Below are positions 1-8,147 of a stretch of DNA of 64,000 bases, piece after piece. How positions within the stretch are numbered: the first letter of the stretch is position 1; each line of letters opens with the position of its first letter. The stretch lies in the sequence record NC_042060.1; one strand, given 5' to 3'. The position numbers and the translations under genes were made by a program. A model generated the notes under the pieces. It was not told the origin of the DNA and searched no databases. It worked only from the letters and a program-made list of their open reading frames with translations.

Positions 1-84
1 TTTATCAGTAATGACTGAATAAACACGTTGACGATGTTTTACATAAGGGATCTCGCGACACTTTTCCAAAGCATAATCCAACAT
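1..84 (-). CDS. Partial CDS (N-terminus only), possibly a deaminase-fold phage protein
   Basis: Hand translation MLDYALEKCREIPYVKHRQRVYSVITDK runs off the window; AGGT RBS and early promoter upstream; family guess is weak. Confidence 0.55.
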   Translation of the reverse strand, partial: MLDYALEKCREIPYVKHRQRVYSVITDK

Positions 85-127
85 AATTGATTTACCTATT
101 TGAAATTTAGATAGTTTTATCACATTT

Positions 128-135
128 GTAATATA
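128..135 (-). promoter_or_regulatory. Early (virion RNAP) promoter TATATTAC
   Basis: Exact phiKZ early consensus with upstream TTTAAA, just after a terminator. Confidence 0.85.
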
Positions 136-174
136 CTGTTTAAAATGCTTTAAATACAAAAAAATAAAATATAA

Positions 175-195
175 GCCCTCCCGCAATGGGAGGGC
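175..195 (-). terminator. Intrinsic terminator
   Basis: 8-bp stem GCCCTCCC/GGGAGGGC with a T-rich tail on the minus strand. Confidence 0.85.
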
Positions 196-208
196 AATAT
201 AATAACTA

Positions 209-643
209 TTACAATTTATTCGCCATTTTACCTGGTACTATAACCCAGTGTAAATTACATTTAATGTGTTTATTTTTAAGAGACATTCCTGAGATACACA
301 CATCCTCTTTGGTTATGCTAATTTTAAATAAAGCTTCCCATTTATTAGCTGTGATGATTTCATCAACAGTGTGATGGAATTTAAGTGTGTTATCTAATAC
401 TGAAATATAAAAGTCTTTATTGGGTTGACCTTTAGTTAAATCAATTATTAACCTATTATTTAATTTAGGTGAAAAAGTTGTTAATGTACCATCTTCATTA
501 TTTTCAGATATATAAGAGCAACCAGTAACAATGAAGACATTATCATTTACACTATTGGCATAAATTATTTTTGGGTGTTTAAAAATATTAATTAGATAAA
601 CAATAATTGCTGACAGGATTAGTGCAATTACTATATCAGCCAT
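209..643 (-). CDS. Hypothetical protein with N-terminal TM helix
   Basis: 144 aa, hydrophobic IVIALILSAIIVYLI. Confidence 0.8.
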   Translation of the reverse strand: MADIVIALILSAIIVYLINIFKHPKIIYANSVNDNVFIVTGCSYISENNEDGTLTTFSPKLNNRLIIDLTKGQPNKDFYISVLDNTLKFHHTVDEIITANKWEALFKISITKEDVCISGMSLKNKHIKCNLHWVIVPGKMANKL

Positions 644-645
644 TA

Positions 646-1020
646 TTAACCCCTATTAACAAAGATAAAATAATCTCGTAGTTCACCAGCTAAATCTAAT
701 GGTTGATAATTATCACTACCATCATCATAAGGGATATAATCAGCACCTGCTTCTACAGCCGCTAAATATTCTTCCTCACCAACTGCTGGAATTAAATGAA
801 ACGCTGGGCAATCGTCATTATTGCCATCTAGTATATCTAGCATGCCTGTAATGACACTATCTGCTACAGCCCTGTCCCGATCAGCTGGCTCTGTAAATTG
901 ATCAAGTTTAGAGTTATTGATAGCATTATCACGCATATTGACAACACTACTAATAAATAGTTCTTTAACTTGTTCCTGTGTTACAGGTTTAACATTACCA
1001 TCGCCTTCAAAATAGATCAT
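646..1020 (-). CDS. Hypothetical protein, paralog of 1065..1751
   Basis: Shared LDG..PxFxLIP..GxLR motif. Confidence 0.85.
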   Translation of the reverse strand: MIYFEGDGNVKPVTQEQVKELFISSVVNMRDNAINNSKLDQFTEPADRDRAVADSVITGMLDILDGNNDDCPAFHLIPAVGEEEYLAAVEAGADYIPYDDGSDNYQPLDLAGELRDYFIFVNRG

Positions 1021-1064
1021 AATTACATACCTTGTTATCAGTAGCTTATAAATTTATTAGTTCA

Positions 1065-1751
1065 TTAACGCATTATTCGACTGATATCATCAGCTATTTG
1101 TGATTGTATCTTTTCCGCTTTTTCTTTAGCTTTTTCTACTAACATAGCAAGTTGCTCTTGCGTAAAATTACCCGAGTAATACTTAACAGGTTTCTCACCT
1201 GCTAAACTAAGGAAATGGTTCAATAGTGCATGTGGTCCTTTGAAAGGTTCCGTAAATGTCTTAGAAACTTGATAACGTAGATTACCAGAAATATCAACTG
1301 CATCACACTTTGCACGGATATTATCTTTTAAATTTTCAACTGGGTTTACTGGCCAATAATTCTCACCAATACTTATTAGGTAGTCAATATCCTCTTGAGT
1401 AACATTAGGTATAAGTTTGAATCCGGGTATATTTGGATCATTGCCATCTAGGCCAGCTGCGATGCTATATATAAATCCATCAAGCATATCTCTGATAGAT
1501 AGTGCCTTATCTGTATTTTGAGTATCGGTATACTGTTTATGCCAGTAATTACGTGTGCTTTGAAGCCAATTTACAAAGAGAGAAGTTTGTTCCTCTTTTG
1601 TATATTCTCTCGGATCATCTACTTTCTCCCATTCTTTTTGTTTATTTATCTTAGGAGTCTTAGTTTTCTTTACAGGTTGTTCAATCGGTGAATCTGAAAC
1701 CTTTGTTTCAAATCCTATACCAACTATAGTTTTATCGGTTGTATTGATCAT
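1065..1751 (-). CDS. Hypothetical protein, paralog of 646..1020
   Basis: 228 aa, AGLDGNDPNIPGFKLIP motif. Confidence 0.85.
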   Translation of the reverse strand: MINTTDKTIVGIGFETKVSDSPIEQPVKKTKTPKINKQKEWEKVDDPREYTKEEQTSLFVNWLQSTRNYWHKQYTDTQNTDKALSIRDMLDGFIYSIAAGLDGNDPNIPGFKLIPNVTQEDIDYLISIGENYWPVNPVENLKDNIRAKCDAVDISGNLRYQVSKTFTEPFKGPHALLNHFLSLAGEKPVKYYSGNFTQEQLAMLVEKAKEKAEKIQSQIADDISRIMR

Positions 1752-1978
1752 AGAACATGAAACCTTTGTATATAGTTTGGTTTTATGCGTTTAGTAAATT
1801 GCGCTGAATGCTCAATGTAATAAATGCATTTATCATTAAGTGAATACACTGTATAATAGGTTTTAGCACATATATGTCGTATGCCAATAGTAACACATAT
1901 TTCCCAACCGATCTTTGTAAATACATAACCTAACTGATTAGGCTCTATTTCTAAACATCTTTTGTCGAAGTTAACCAT
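1748..1978 (-). CDS. Hypothetical protein
   Basis: 76 aa, overlaps both neighbours in the operon. Confidence 0.65.
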   Translation of the reverse strand: MVNFDKRCLEIEPNQLGYVFTKIGWEICVTIGIRHICAKTYYTVYSLNDKCIYYIEHSAQFTKRIKPNYIQRFHVL

Positions 1979-2418
1979 TGTGGCTTCCTCGGAATAGTTC
2001 GCAAGTACTGAACAATAAGTCGCGCGAATTCATCCATATCGTCTTCAACTAGAATTAACTCATCCAATGTATACCAGCCATCATCAGTTGTTTCAATTAG
2101 ATTAGAATCATCTTTGATTTCTCTATCTAAGATGGCGTATAATCTAGTTGGTCCAAAATCAGGCTCTTCTATAACCCCAAGATGTATCAAAGAATTTCTA
2201 TTATTAGTATCATCTGTGATAGTTGGCTGAACACTAATATTGGAAGTTTCCTCTGGGAAGTTATAACTATCTAAAATAGCAAAATCAGTTAATTGTCTAA
2301 TAGCCTTTCTAGTGAAATCATAAACCTTCACTATGGGATGAATCACATAGGTTAGTTTATCATTAACTAAACGTTGCCTTAAATTAATAAATGCGCAGTT
2401 ATTCATCGACATACTCAT
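1951..2418 (-). CDS. Possible degenerate NUDIX-fold protein
   Basis: ITDD..IHLGVI and WYTLDEL resemble COG4112-type NUDIX; no Nudix box. Confidence 0.45.
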   Translation of the reverse strand: MSMSMNNCAFINLRQRLVNDKLTYVIHPIVKVYDFTRKAIRQLTDFAILDSYNFPEETSNISVQPTITDDTNNRNSLIHLGVIEEPDFGPTRLYAILDREIKDDSNLIETTDDGWYTLDELILVEDDMDEFARLIVQYLRTIPRKPQWLTSTKDV

Positions 2419-2773
2419 GTACCATTTTAATAGTTTTCAAAAATACTTCTTGATTATTACTATCATCTGCTTTTAGAATAACAGGATGACACATAAATTC
2501 ATTTTCCAATGATACTCGATAATATTCATTAATTGTCTGAATGAAATCAAGCGGGGGATAAATAATAATATCCTTATCTGTTTCGGCGTAATTAACTACA
2601 TTTGGTTCATGTTTAAATTTGGATTTATTTAATTTATAAACAAAGTATTTTATATCATTTTTATCTACTTGTGATACAAATACAATTCGTTCATACATTG
2701 ATAAATCAATATCTTTACCAATATTGATAGACAGTGGCATACCAATAAATGAGCGTTTAATATTTTCATTCAT
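2399..2773 (-). CDS. Hypothetical early protein
   Basis: 124 aa, first gene after promoter at 2813. Confidence 0.8.
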   Translation of the reverse strand: MNENIKRSFIGMPLSINIGKDIDLSMYERIVFVSQVDKNDIKYFVYKLNKSKFKHEPNVVNYAETDKDIIIYPPLDFIQTINEYYRVSLENEFMCHPVILKADDSNNQEVFLKTIKMVHEYVDE

Positions 2774-2812
2774 TTTTTAATTACCTATTTAATAGTTTAA
2801 TGTTGTATTAGT

Positions 2813-2820
2813 GTAATATA
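2813..2820 (-). promoter_or_regulatory. Early promoter TATATTAC
   Basis: Exact motif preceded by TTTGAAATC. Confidence 0.85.
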
Positions 2821-2847
2821 GATTTCAAAAAAAATTTAATGTAAAAG

Positions 2848-2867
2848 CCCTCTCCTTTGGGAGAGGG
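2848..2867 (-). terminator. Intrinsic terminator
   Basis: 8-bp stem CCCTCTCC/GGAGAGGG plus T tract. Confidence 0.8.
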
Positions 2868-2876
2868 TTTATGACT

Positions 2877-2984
2877 TTATTTATATTTTTTCTTATGAGT
2901 GTGATAAATATAGCTAAATAGCATACCGATTGACATTGATACAGCTACCATACCCACATAGAAAAGTTCATTACTAAGTTGCAT
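2877..2984 (-). CDS. Small membrane protein (35 aa), not in ORF track
   Basis: [35 protein letters not shown]; GAGGAAA RBS; own terminator. Confidence 0.7.
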   Translation of the reverse strand: MQLSNELFYVGMVAVSMSIGMLFSYIYHTHKKKYK

Positions 2985-3020
2985 TAGATTTCCTCAAATA
3001 GTTTAATTTATCCCACCTAG

Positions 3021-3044
3021 TTTTAACCGTCCAGTCGGTTAAAA
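3021..3044. promoter_or_regulatory. Perfect inverted repeat TTTTAACCG-N6-CGGTTAAAA
   Basis: Read directly; abuts the terminator at 3045; function unknown. Confidence 0.45.
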
Positions 3045-3064
3045 AGAGGACCCGAAGGTCCTCT
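3045..3064 (-). terminator. cUUCGg terminator
   Basis: AGAGGACC-UUCG-GGTCCTCT on the minus strand. Confidence 0.8.
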
Positions 3065-3066
3065 AA

Positions 3067-3306
3067 TTATTTCTTATAACTCTCAGGGCATCCCATTTTG
3101 AGTTTGCCATCCTTTGGGTCTTCAGCGAATAATACTTCATCTGGACACTTCTTAACAGGAGTGTCCTTCGCCTTATCTTCCCATTCTACAACAGGCATTT
3201 CTAATTTCTTACGAAATTGATACGTATCATAAAGAACATACGTAATCATTCCCATAAGAGAGATTACCCATACCCATGCAACAATTAGGATGATTCTAGT
3301 TATCAT
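3067..3306 (-). CDS. Small bitopic membrane protein with a C-terminal Cys pair
   Basis: N-terminal TM; CPDEV..MGCP. Confidence 0.8.
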   Translation of the reverse strand: MITRIILIVAWVWVISLMGMITYVLYDTYQFRKKLEMPVVEWEDKAKDTPVKKCPDEVLFAEDPKDGKLKMGCPESYKK

Positions 3307-3673
3307 ACAACTCCTCGCCGACTATATTGAAACACCCATTACTGAGTTTTTCAGTCAGCATCTCACCAAGATCACTTCCCTCGCTCTTTGCCAAAAGCTT
3401 AAGTGCGGGATCAGTGAGATTTTGGTATATTACATCGACATTATCCAATGCGATATTAATAGCGAGTGCCTTATCACTCTGGTTTTTATCTATGGCAATG
3501 GATAGTTCATCTTGCAGTATTGCATACATCTCCAATGGCTCACCGCCATTAGTGTAGAATTGAACCATATTCTTTGCCAAGCTGTGCAGCACGTAGCAAG
3601 ATGACACGGTTACGGGTTGTGCATTAACCGACATTGCTACCATAGTGATAATGAGCGAGAAGACGTATTTCAT
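3296..3673 (-). CDS. Secreted two-Cys family protein
   Basis: Signal peptide ending SVNA; VTVSSC...CFNIVGEEL. Confidence 0.85.
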   Translation of the reverse strand: MKYVFSLIITMVAMSVNAQPVTVSSCYVLHSLAKNMVQFYTNGGEPLEMYAILQDELSIAIDKNQSDKALAINIALDNVDVIYQNLTDPALKLLAKSEGSDLGEMLTEKLSNGCFNIVGEELYDN

Positions 3674-3705
3674 CCTATTTTCCTTTTGAAAGTATTCGAT
3701 ATGAA

Positions 3706-4161
3706 TTAAATGAGTTCAACAATTACCATGTGAGTGAATTTCTCACCAATATGCTTCATGCAGTAATTGCCATAATACCCGCTGATAAAAGCTGCCAGAT
3801 TAGGAGTAGTCACATTGTAACCTTGACTACGGATATAATCATGGATCTCTTTACTGTTAAGGTCATTATTGATTTTATTAAGACTATTGAATACGAATGT
3901 TAACGCAATCCAATTATTGGTATCCAACTCATCTTTGAGTTTAGCAGAGTTGTTGAGCATAAGCACACCAACTTCATCTGCGCTATGACCTTCACTCATT
4001 CGAAATACAGCTTGTTTAGTAATGGTTTCAACCATTGCACACGACTGCACAGTGAGTTGAGCATCTTTTTTACCAATCTTGATTTCAGCCATTGCGGTAT
4101 TGAACATGATACCGGTAATGGCAATGAGACCAGCGAAAGCTGCTGCAATTACATTTTTCAT
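3706..4161 (-). CDS. Secreted two-Cys family protein
   Basis: Signal peptide ending AMA; LTVQSC...CMKHIGEKF. Confidence 0.85.
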   Translation of the reverse strand: MKNVIAAAFAGLIAITGIMFNTAMAEIKIGKKDAQLTVQSCAMVETITKQAVFRMSEGHSADEVGVLMLNNSAKLKDELDTNNWIALTFVFNSLNKINNDLNSKEIHDYIRSQGYNVTTPNLAAFISGYYGNYCMKHIGEKFTHMVIVELI

Positions 4162-4178
4162 TTTAAATCCTTCTTCAT

Positions 4179-4562
4179 TTATTTAATGGTAAGAATAGTA
4201 ATTTTTTCAGGATTTACTGGAACTTTAATTTTAGATTTATGTTGGAGAAACTCAACAACCACCATAGACTTATCCATTTTATACACTTCACATACTTTGA
4301 CAAGCCTATCTACTACGCAACCAATTTTACCGGCATTTTGAGAAAAGAAAGATTTTGCTTTTCTAATAGCCTCGCGTTTCTCAAGCATTTCCATATGCAT
4401 ATTTTCAATATGTTTATCGCGTTGAACACGATTAAACTTACGCATATGTCGTTCGATCTTACTAATTTCAGAAGAGTGTAATGAATAAGCAGCAGCTTCT
4501 TTCAGTTTCTCATATACTTCCACTGCCATTACCACGTGATCATCTTCAAAATTTCTTTTCAT
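4179..4562 (-). CDS. Basic cytoplasmic hypothetical protein
   Basis: 127 aa, K/R-rich, helical N-terminus. Confidence 0.8.
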   Translation of the reverse strand: MKRNFEDDHVVMAVEVYEKLKEAAAYSLHSSEISKIERHMRKFNRVQRDKHIENMHMEMLEKREAIRKAKSFFSQNAGKIGCVVDRLVKVCEVYKMDKSMVVVEFLQHKSKIKVPVNPEKITILTIK

Positions 4563-4575
4563 ATCTATGCCTTTT

Positions 4576-5370
4576 TTACTGTTTGATTAAATTTGACACT
4601 GCTTCTTGTTTACATTGAGTATTCATCCATAATGCAATGTCTTTGGGTTCTTGTCCAGTTTCCACCATATCGATAATGATACGGGTATTACGTTGTGCTT
4701 TCTCACGGGCATTTAACATATCAGGATCATTAATAATGAATTCCCTACCCATAACTGGATCTAATCCAATATAAGCTTTAGATGCAATAGTTCTCACCAT
4801 TGCTTCATATTGATCACATCCACGTTCAGTTAATACAAGGTTATCTGCATTGGCACTACCGCCAAATAGCAAACCTAGGAATCCATAGAAAAAAGTGTGA
4901 CGTATTGTCTTCCAACAAATACGCATCTCTTCATTTTTTGTATAAAGCTTTTCCCAATCAAACATTAAATAGAAACTTTCTTTTTGGATAGAAGGGTGTA
5001 ACCAAATAGGTTTAATACTTACTTCAAGAAGTTTACTATTTGGATTCTTACCGATAAAGATAACTTCAACAATGGCTCGTGCTAAAGCATCTTTTTCTTT
5101 ACCATTCCATCCAAATTTTATTTCATCAGCCGTAATGTAAAGACGTATTCCATCACCCACGTATTTGGGTAACCAAACAGCTTTACCTAGTTGCACTGGA
5201 ACATCATTAGGGATTCCCCCAACCATCCAGGTGGCCTTGGTGAAATGAATAGCAACATCATCATTCAACCATTTTAGAATAGCTGGCCTTACCCAACTAT
5301 CTACCAAATTACCACATGTCAATGCAGCTAGCATAGCCATGAGCATAATGACAATATAGATACTAATCAT
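4576..5370 (-). CDS. Membrane protein fused to a secreted two-Cys domain
   Basis: N-terminal TM; internal signal-like segment ending ANA; LTERGC...TQC. Confidence 0.8.
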   Translation of the reverse strand: MISIYIVIMLMAMLAALTCGNLVDSWVRPAILKWLNDDVAIHFTKATWMVGGIPNDVPVQLGKAVWLPKYVGDGIRLYITADEIKFGWNGKEKDALARAIVEVIFIGKNPNSKLLEVSIKPIWLHPSIQKESFYLMFDWEKLYTKNEEMRICWKTIRHTFFYGFLGLLFGGSANADNLVLTERGCDQYEAMVRTIASKAYIGLDPVMGREFIINDPDMLNAREKAQRNTRIIIDMVETGQEPKDIALWMNTQCKQEAVSNLIKQ

Positions 5371-5373
5371 AGT

Positions 5374-5733
5374 CTACTCCAAGTTAAATTTAGTACCAAT
5401 TGCTTCAACACAATTTTCAGCTAACCTATCTAGGATAGCTCCATTGGTAAATCCTTTTCGTTTATTTACTCGAATATCAACTAAGTTTAACTTGGCATAT
5501 ACCGCACCTGCATAGAACTCCAAGTCATCCATATCCTTACGAGAGATCATGTCTAACTGCATCATTATCTCAAATTGGGATAGGTTCTTATCATAAAGCT
5601 CAGTTGCTTTTTGTGAAAGATTTACTGCCACATTACATGATTTCTTAGTAATACCCACTTCTACAGCGTGGGCAGGCTGACATGCAATGGACAGGATTGG
5701 CAGGAAAAGGAATAATAGCCAATTCTTAAGCAT
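5374..5733 (-). CDS. Secreted two-Cys family protein
   Basis: Signal peptide ending AHA; ITKKSC...CVEAIGTKF. Confidence 0.85.
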   Translation of the reverse strand: MLKNWLLFLFLPILSIACQPAHAVEVGITKKSCNVAVNLSQKATELYDKNLSQFEIMMQLDMISRKDMDDLEFYAGAVYAKLNLVDIRVNKRKGFTNGAILDRLAENCVEAIGTKFNLE

Positions 5734-5745
5734 GTTGTACCTCCA

Positions 5746-6153
5746 TTATTTTAGAGTAAGTGGTTTTGCTTCAAACGCACCTGCCGCTACACAACGCTGG
5801 AAATAACCATCAATGATGAATTTCTCAGGAGTGGTCTTATAGACTTTAGCAGCATTTGTTGCACGTGGCAAACTTGCCTCAATTGCCATTTTATCTACCT
5901 TAGACCATAGGTAAAATAGACCAGTGAGTTCTTCAACTTTAGACTGGTTGGTCTTTAGATCTTTAGTGTTATTAAGGATATAATGAATCCTTTCATAAGT
6001 CTTCATTTGCACTTCAGTTACAGATGCACCTTTTACAAACAATTCATCTGCCTGTTTTACAAACTCGATGCATGAATCACGATTAGTGTACATGACAGCC
6101 GAGTTAGCAGTGATAGTTACAATAGACAACATAAATGCAATTACATATTTCAT
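5746..6153 (-). CDS. Secreted two-Cys family protein
   Basis: Signal peptide ending ANSA; TNRDSC...RCVAAG. Confidence 0.85.
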   Translation of the reverse strand: MKYVIAFMLSIVTITANSAVMYTNRDSCIEFVKQADELFVKGASVTEVQMKTYERIHYILNNTKDLKTNQSKVEELTGLFYLWSKVDKMAIEASLPRATNAAKVYKTTPEKFIIDGYFQRCVAAGAFEAKPLTLK

Positions 6154-6179
6154 AATGAATTACCTCAAAATTAATTTTA

Positions 6180-6443
6180 TTAACTATTGGTTTCACCACG
6201 AGTATTGAATTCTAAATCCAATACAACTTTAGTAAATTCTTCCAGTGCACCACCCTCGTAGATGAGTGGGTCACTGTCACCCCGGTACATGCTACCTACC
6301 GGTACTTGACCACGAAACACCATCAGCATATCGTTTTTTACTATGACATGATGTTCATCCCCGACAGCAATGTCTTGGATGTGTCTCCAGCGTTCACGCA
6401 GTAAGCTGCAAGCGCACCATACGGATTTCAAACGTTCAGTCAT
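6180..6443 (-). CDS. Hypothetical early protein
   Basis: 87 aa, GAGG RBS, first gene after promoter 6477. Confidence 0.8.
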   Translation of the reverse strand: MTERLKSVWCACSLLRERWRHIQDIAVGDEHHVIVKNDMLMVFRGQVPVGSMYRGDSDPLIYEGGALEEFTKVVLDLEFNTRGETNS

Positions 6444-6476
6444 TGTATTGCCCTCTTGGTTATTAAATTCATATTT

Positions 6477-6484
6477 GTAATATA
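6477..6484 (-). promoter_or_regulatory. Early promoter TATATTAC
   Basis: Exact motif after terminator 6524. Confidence 0.85.
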
Positions 6485-6523
6485 GCTTTTTAAATAGTTT
6501 AAATACAAAAAAAGATAAATAAA

Positions 6524-6543
6524 ACCCTCCCCGAAGGGAGGGT
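6524..6543 (-). terminator. cUUCGg terminator
   Basis: ACCCTCCC-UUCG-GGGAGGGT plus TTTT. Confidence 0.9.
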
Positions 6544-6561
6544 GTATATTAAGTAATTATT

Positions 6562-7218
6562 TTAACATACAATTTCATTATCAGAAAATAGTTTATTATA
6601 TTCTTTTAGTGCATCCCCACCAACCATAGTACACCTGCCATAGAGAACAGATATAGCCAGATCTTTAATAGCGGGGTGACAATTATTTAACTTACTGATT
6701 AGTTGAGCTTTCTCAGTCAGATACAGTTCAGCAAAATCAGGCTTATCATTAACAATCGACCACATGTTTGAAATGGAATCTAGTAACTTAAGAGATTGAC
6801 CACTCCATGAAATGCGAGAAAGTCTTTCATGTTGTAAACTAATCCTAGTTTTACGATTACCTTCGTAAGTTACATTTGTTAGTTCAGTTACTAAATTAAC
6901 AACAGGGATTGAGAATAGTTTAGTTAGATCAGAAGCAGTTACAGCAGTATCCTCAATTACATCATGTAACCATGCTGCTTTATAAGCAGCGTGAGATAGG
7001 TCGAATAATTGCGCCATCTCAGCTACTTGTAATAAATGATGCCAGTAAGGTTTTCCTGAACCATCTCGCAATTGACCAACAGCAGTATGTGCCGCAATGG
7101 CATATGATGCAGCCATTGCATTACCCGCATTGGAATATTTGCCATTACCTAGATGGTTAGTTAAGAGAATATTCTCTTTCCCTCCTTCTAGAATATCGAT
7201 AATTTCATTCATTAGCAT
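6562..7218 (-). CDS. RelA/SpoT-type HD hydrolase (small alarmone hydrolase-like)
   Basis: AH..GQ.R..SGKPY..H; WLHDVIEDT; LKLLD. Confidence 0.85.
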   Translation of the reverse strand: MLMNEIIDILEGGKENILLTNHLGNGKYSNAGNAMAASYAIAAHTAVGQLRDGSGKPYWHHLLQVAEMAQLFDLSHAAYKAAWLHDVIEDTAVTASDLTKLFSIPVVNLVTELTNVTYEGNRKTRISLQHERLSRISWSGQSLKLLDSISNMWSIVNDKPDFAELYLTEKAQLISKLNNCHPAIKDLAISVLYGRCTMVGGDALKEYNKLFSDNEIVC

Positions 7219-7248
7219 AGCTATATTCCTATTTAAATTATTGGAAAC

Positions 7249-7683
7249 CTAATATAGGTCTTCACTAAATAAATATTTAGTTACTAATCTATTTTCTAAT
7301 TCAGCTCGATATAACTGATTATTATTCTTAGCGATAATTACTGCTTCTTCCCTAGAGTGGAAGTTTTCATACTGATCAATAAAACCTTGTTCATGATCAT
7401 CTCCTGCATATTCATGCAATACCTTAAGACCACCATACATTAGCTGTTGTTGAGTCATTATGATTGATGAATGCCTCGCTGCAATGAAATAAACATCCTT
7501 CCATCTATTGCAGGCGGCAACTATCCTTAATTTCACATCGGGATGTTGTTCCCACCACCATAGACCAGTTTCCTCATTCCAATACCTTTCTTTCATTTGA
7601 GTTTTTCTAAACTCACCTTGTATGTCTAAAAGTCTAAATGCCTCTTCTTTAGACATAGCTTGTAGAATAGGATACTTATCCAT
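7249..7683 (-). CDS. Conserved phage hypothetical protein
   Basis: IVAA..ARH..EQGFIDQ..REEA..LFSEDLY pattern familiar from other phages. Confidence 0.8.
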   Translation of the reverse strand: MDKYPILQAMSKEEAFRLLDIQGEFRKTQMKERYWNEETGLWWWEQHPDVKLRIVAACNRWKDVYFIAARHSSIIMTQQQLMYGGLKVLHEYAGDDHEQGFIDQYENFHSREEAVIIAKNNNQLYRAELENRLVTKYLFSEDLY

Positions 7684-7712
7684 TTAATACAGATACCTAA
7701 TTGCGAAATAGA

Positions 7713-7732
7713 AAGAGCCCCGAAGGGCTCTT
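7713..7732 (-). terminator. cUUCGg terminator
   Basis: AAGAGCCC-UUCG-GGGCTCTT. Confidence 0.8.
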
Positions 7733-7733
7733 A

Positions 7734-8090
7734 TTATACAAGTAGCTTTTCAATAGTGAAGCTTGTCCAGACCATTGCCCTATAACCAACACTCTCTTCA
7801 GTATAAGTGATATCATCAAACTTATTAGGTGGCATGAAACCACGTTGTGTACTAGCATCAGTCACAACAAGATTAGAATCTTTTAAAGTTTCATTTAGAG
7901 CCTTAAGTTTATCCTTACTAATTGATCCCTTAACATGGAACTTAAAATAAGCATAGCCTTTATGATTGATACGACAACTTTCAAGAACAGTTTGTTTATC
8001 ATTCATTTGACTCATCAGATCACTAATAACTGCATCATCTACAGGAGTATCATCATTGACAATATTGATTAATTCAATATAAGTTGGCAT
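7734..8090 (-). CDS. Hypothetical protein
   Basis: 118 aa, AAGGA RBS. Confidence 0.85.
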   Translation of the reverse strand: MPTYIELINIVNDDTPVDDAVISDLMSQMNDKQTVLESCRINHKGYAYFKFHVKGSISKDKLKALNETLKDSNLVVTDASTQRGFMPPNKFDDITYTEESVGYRAMVWTSFTIEKLLV

Positions 8091-8147
8091 TCTTTTTGTT
8101 TCCTTAATTAGATAAACTACATAAGATAATTTTTAATTGATATTCTA

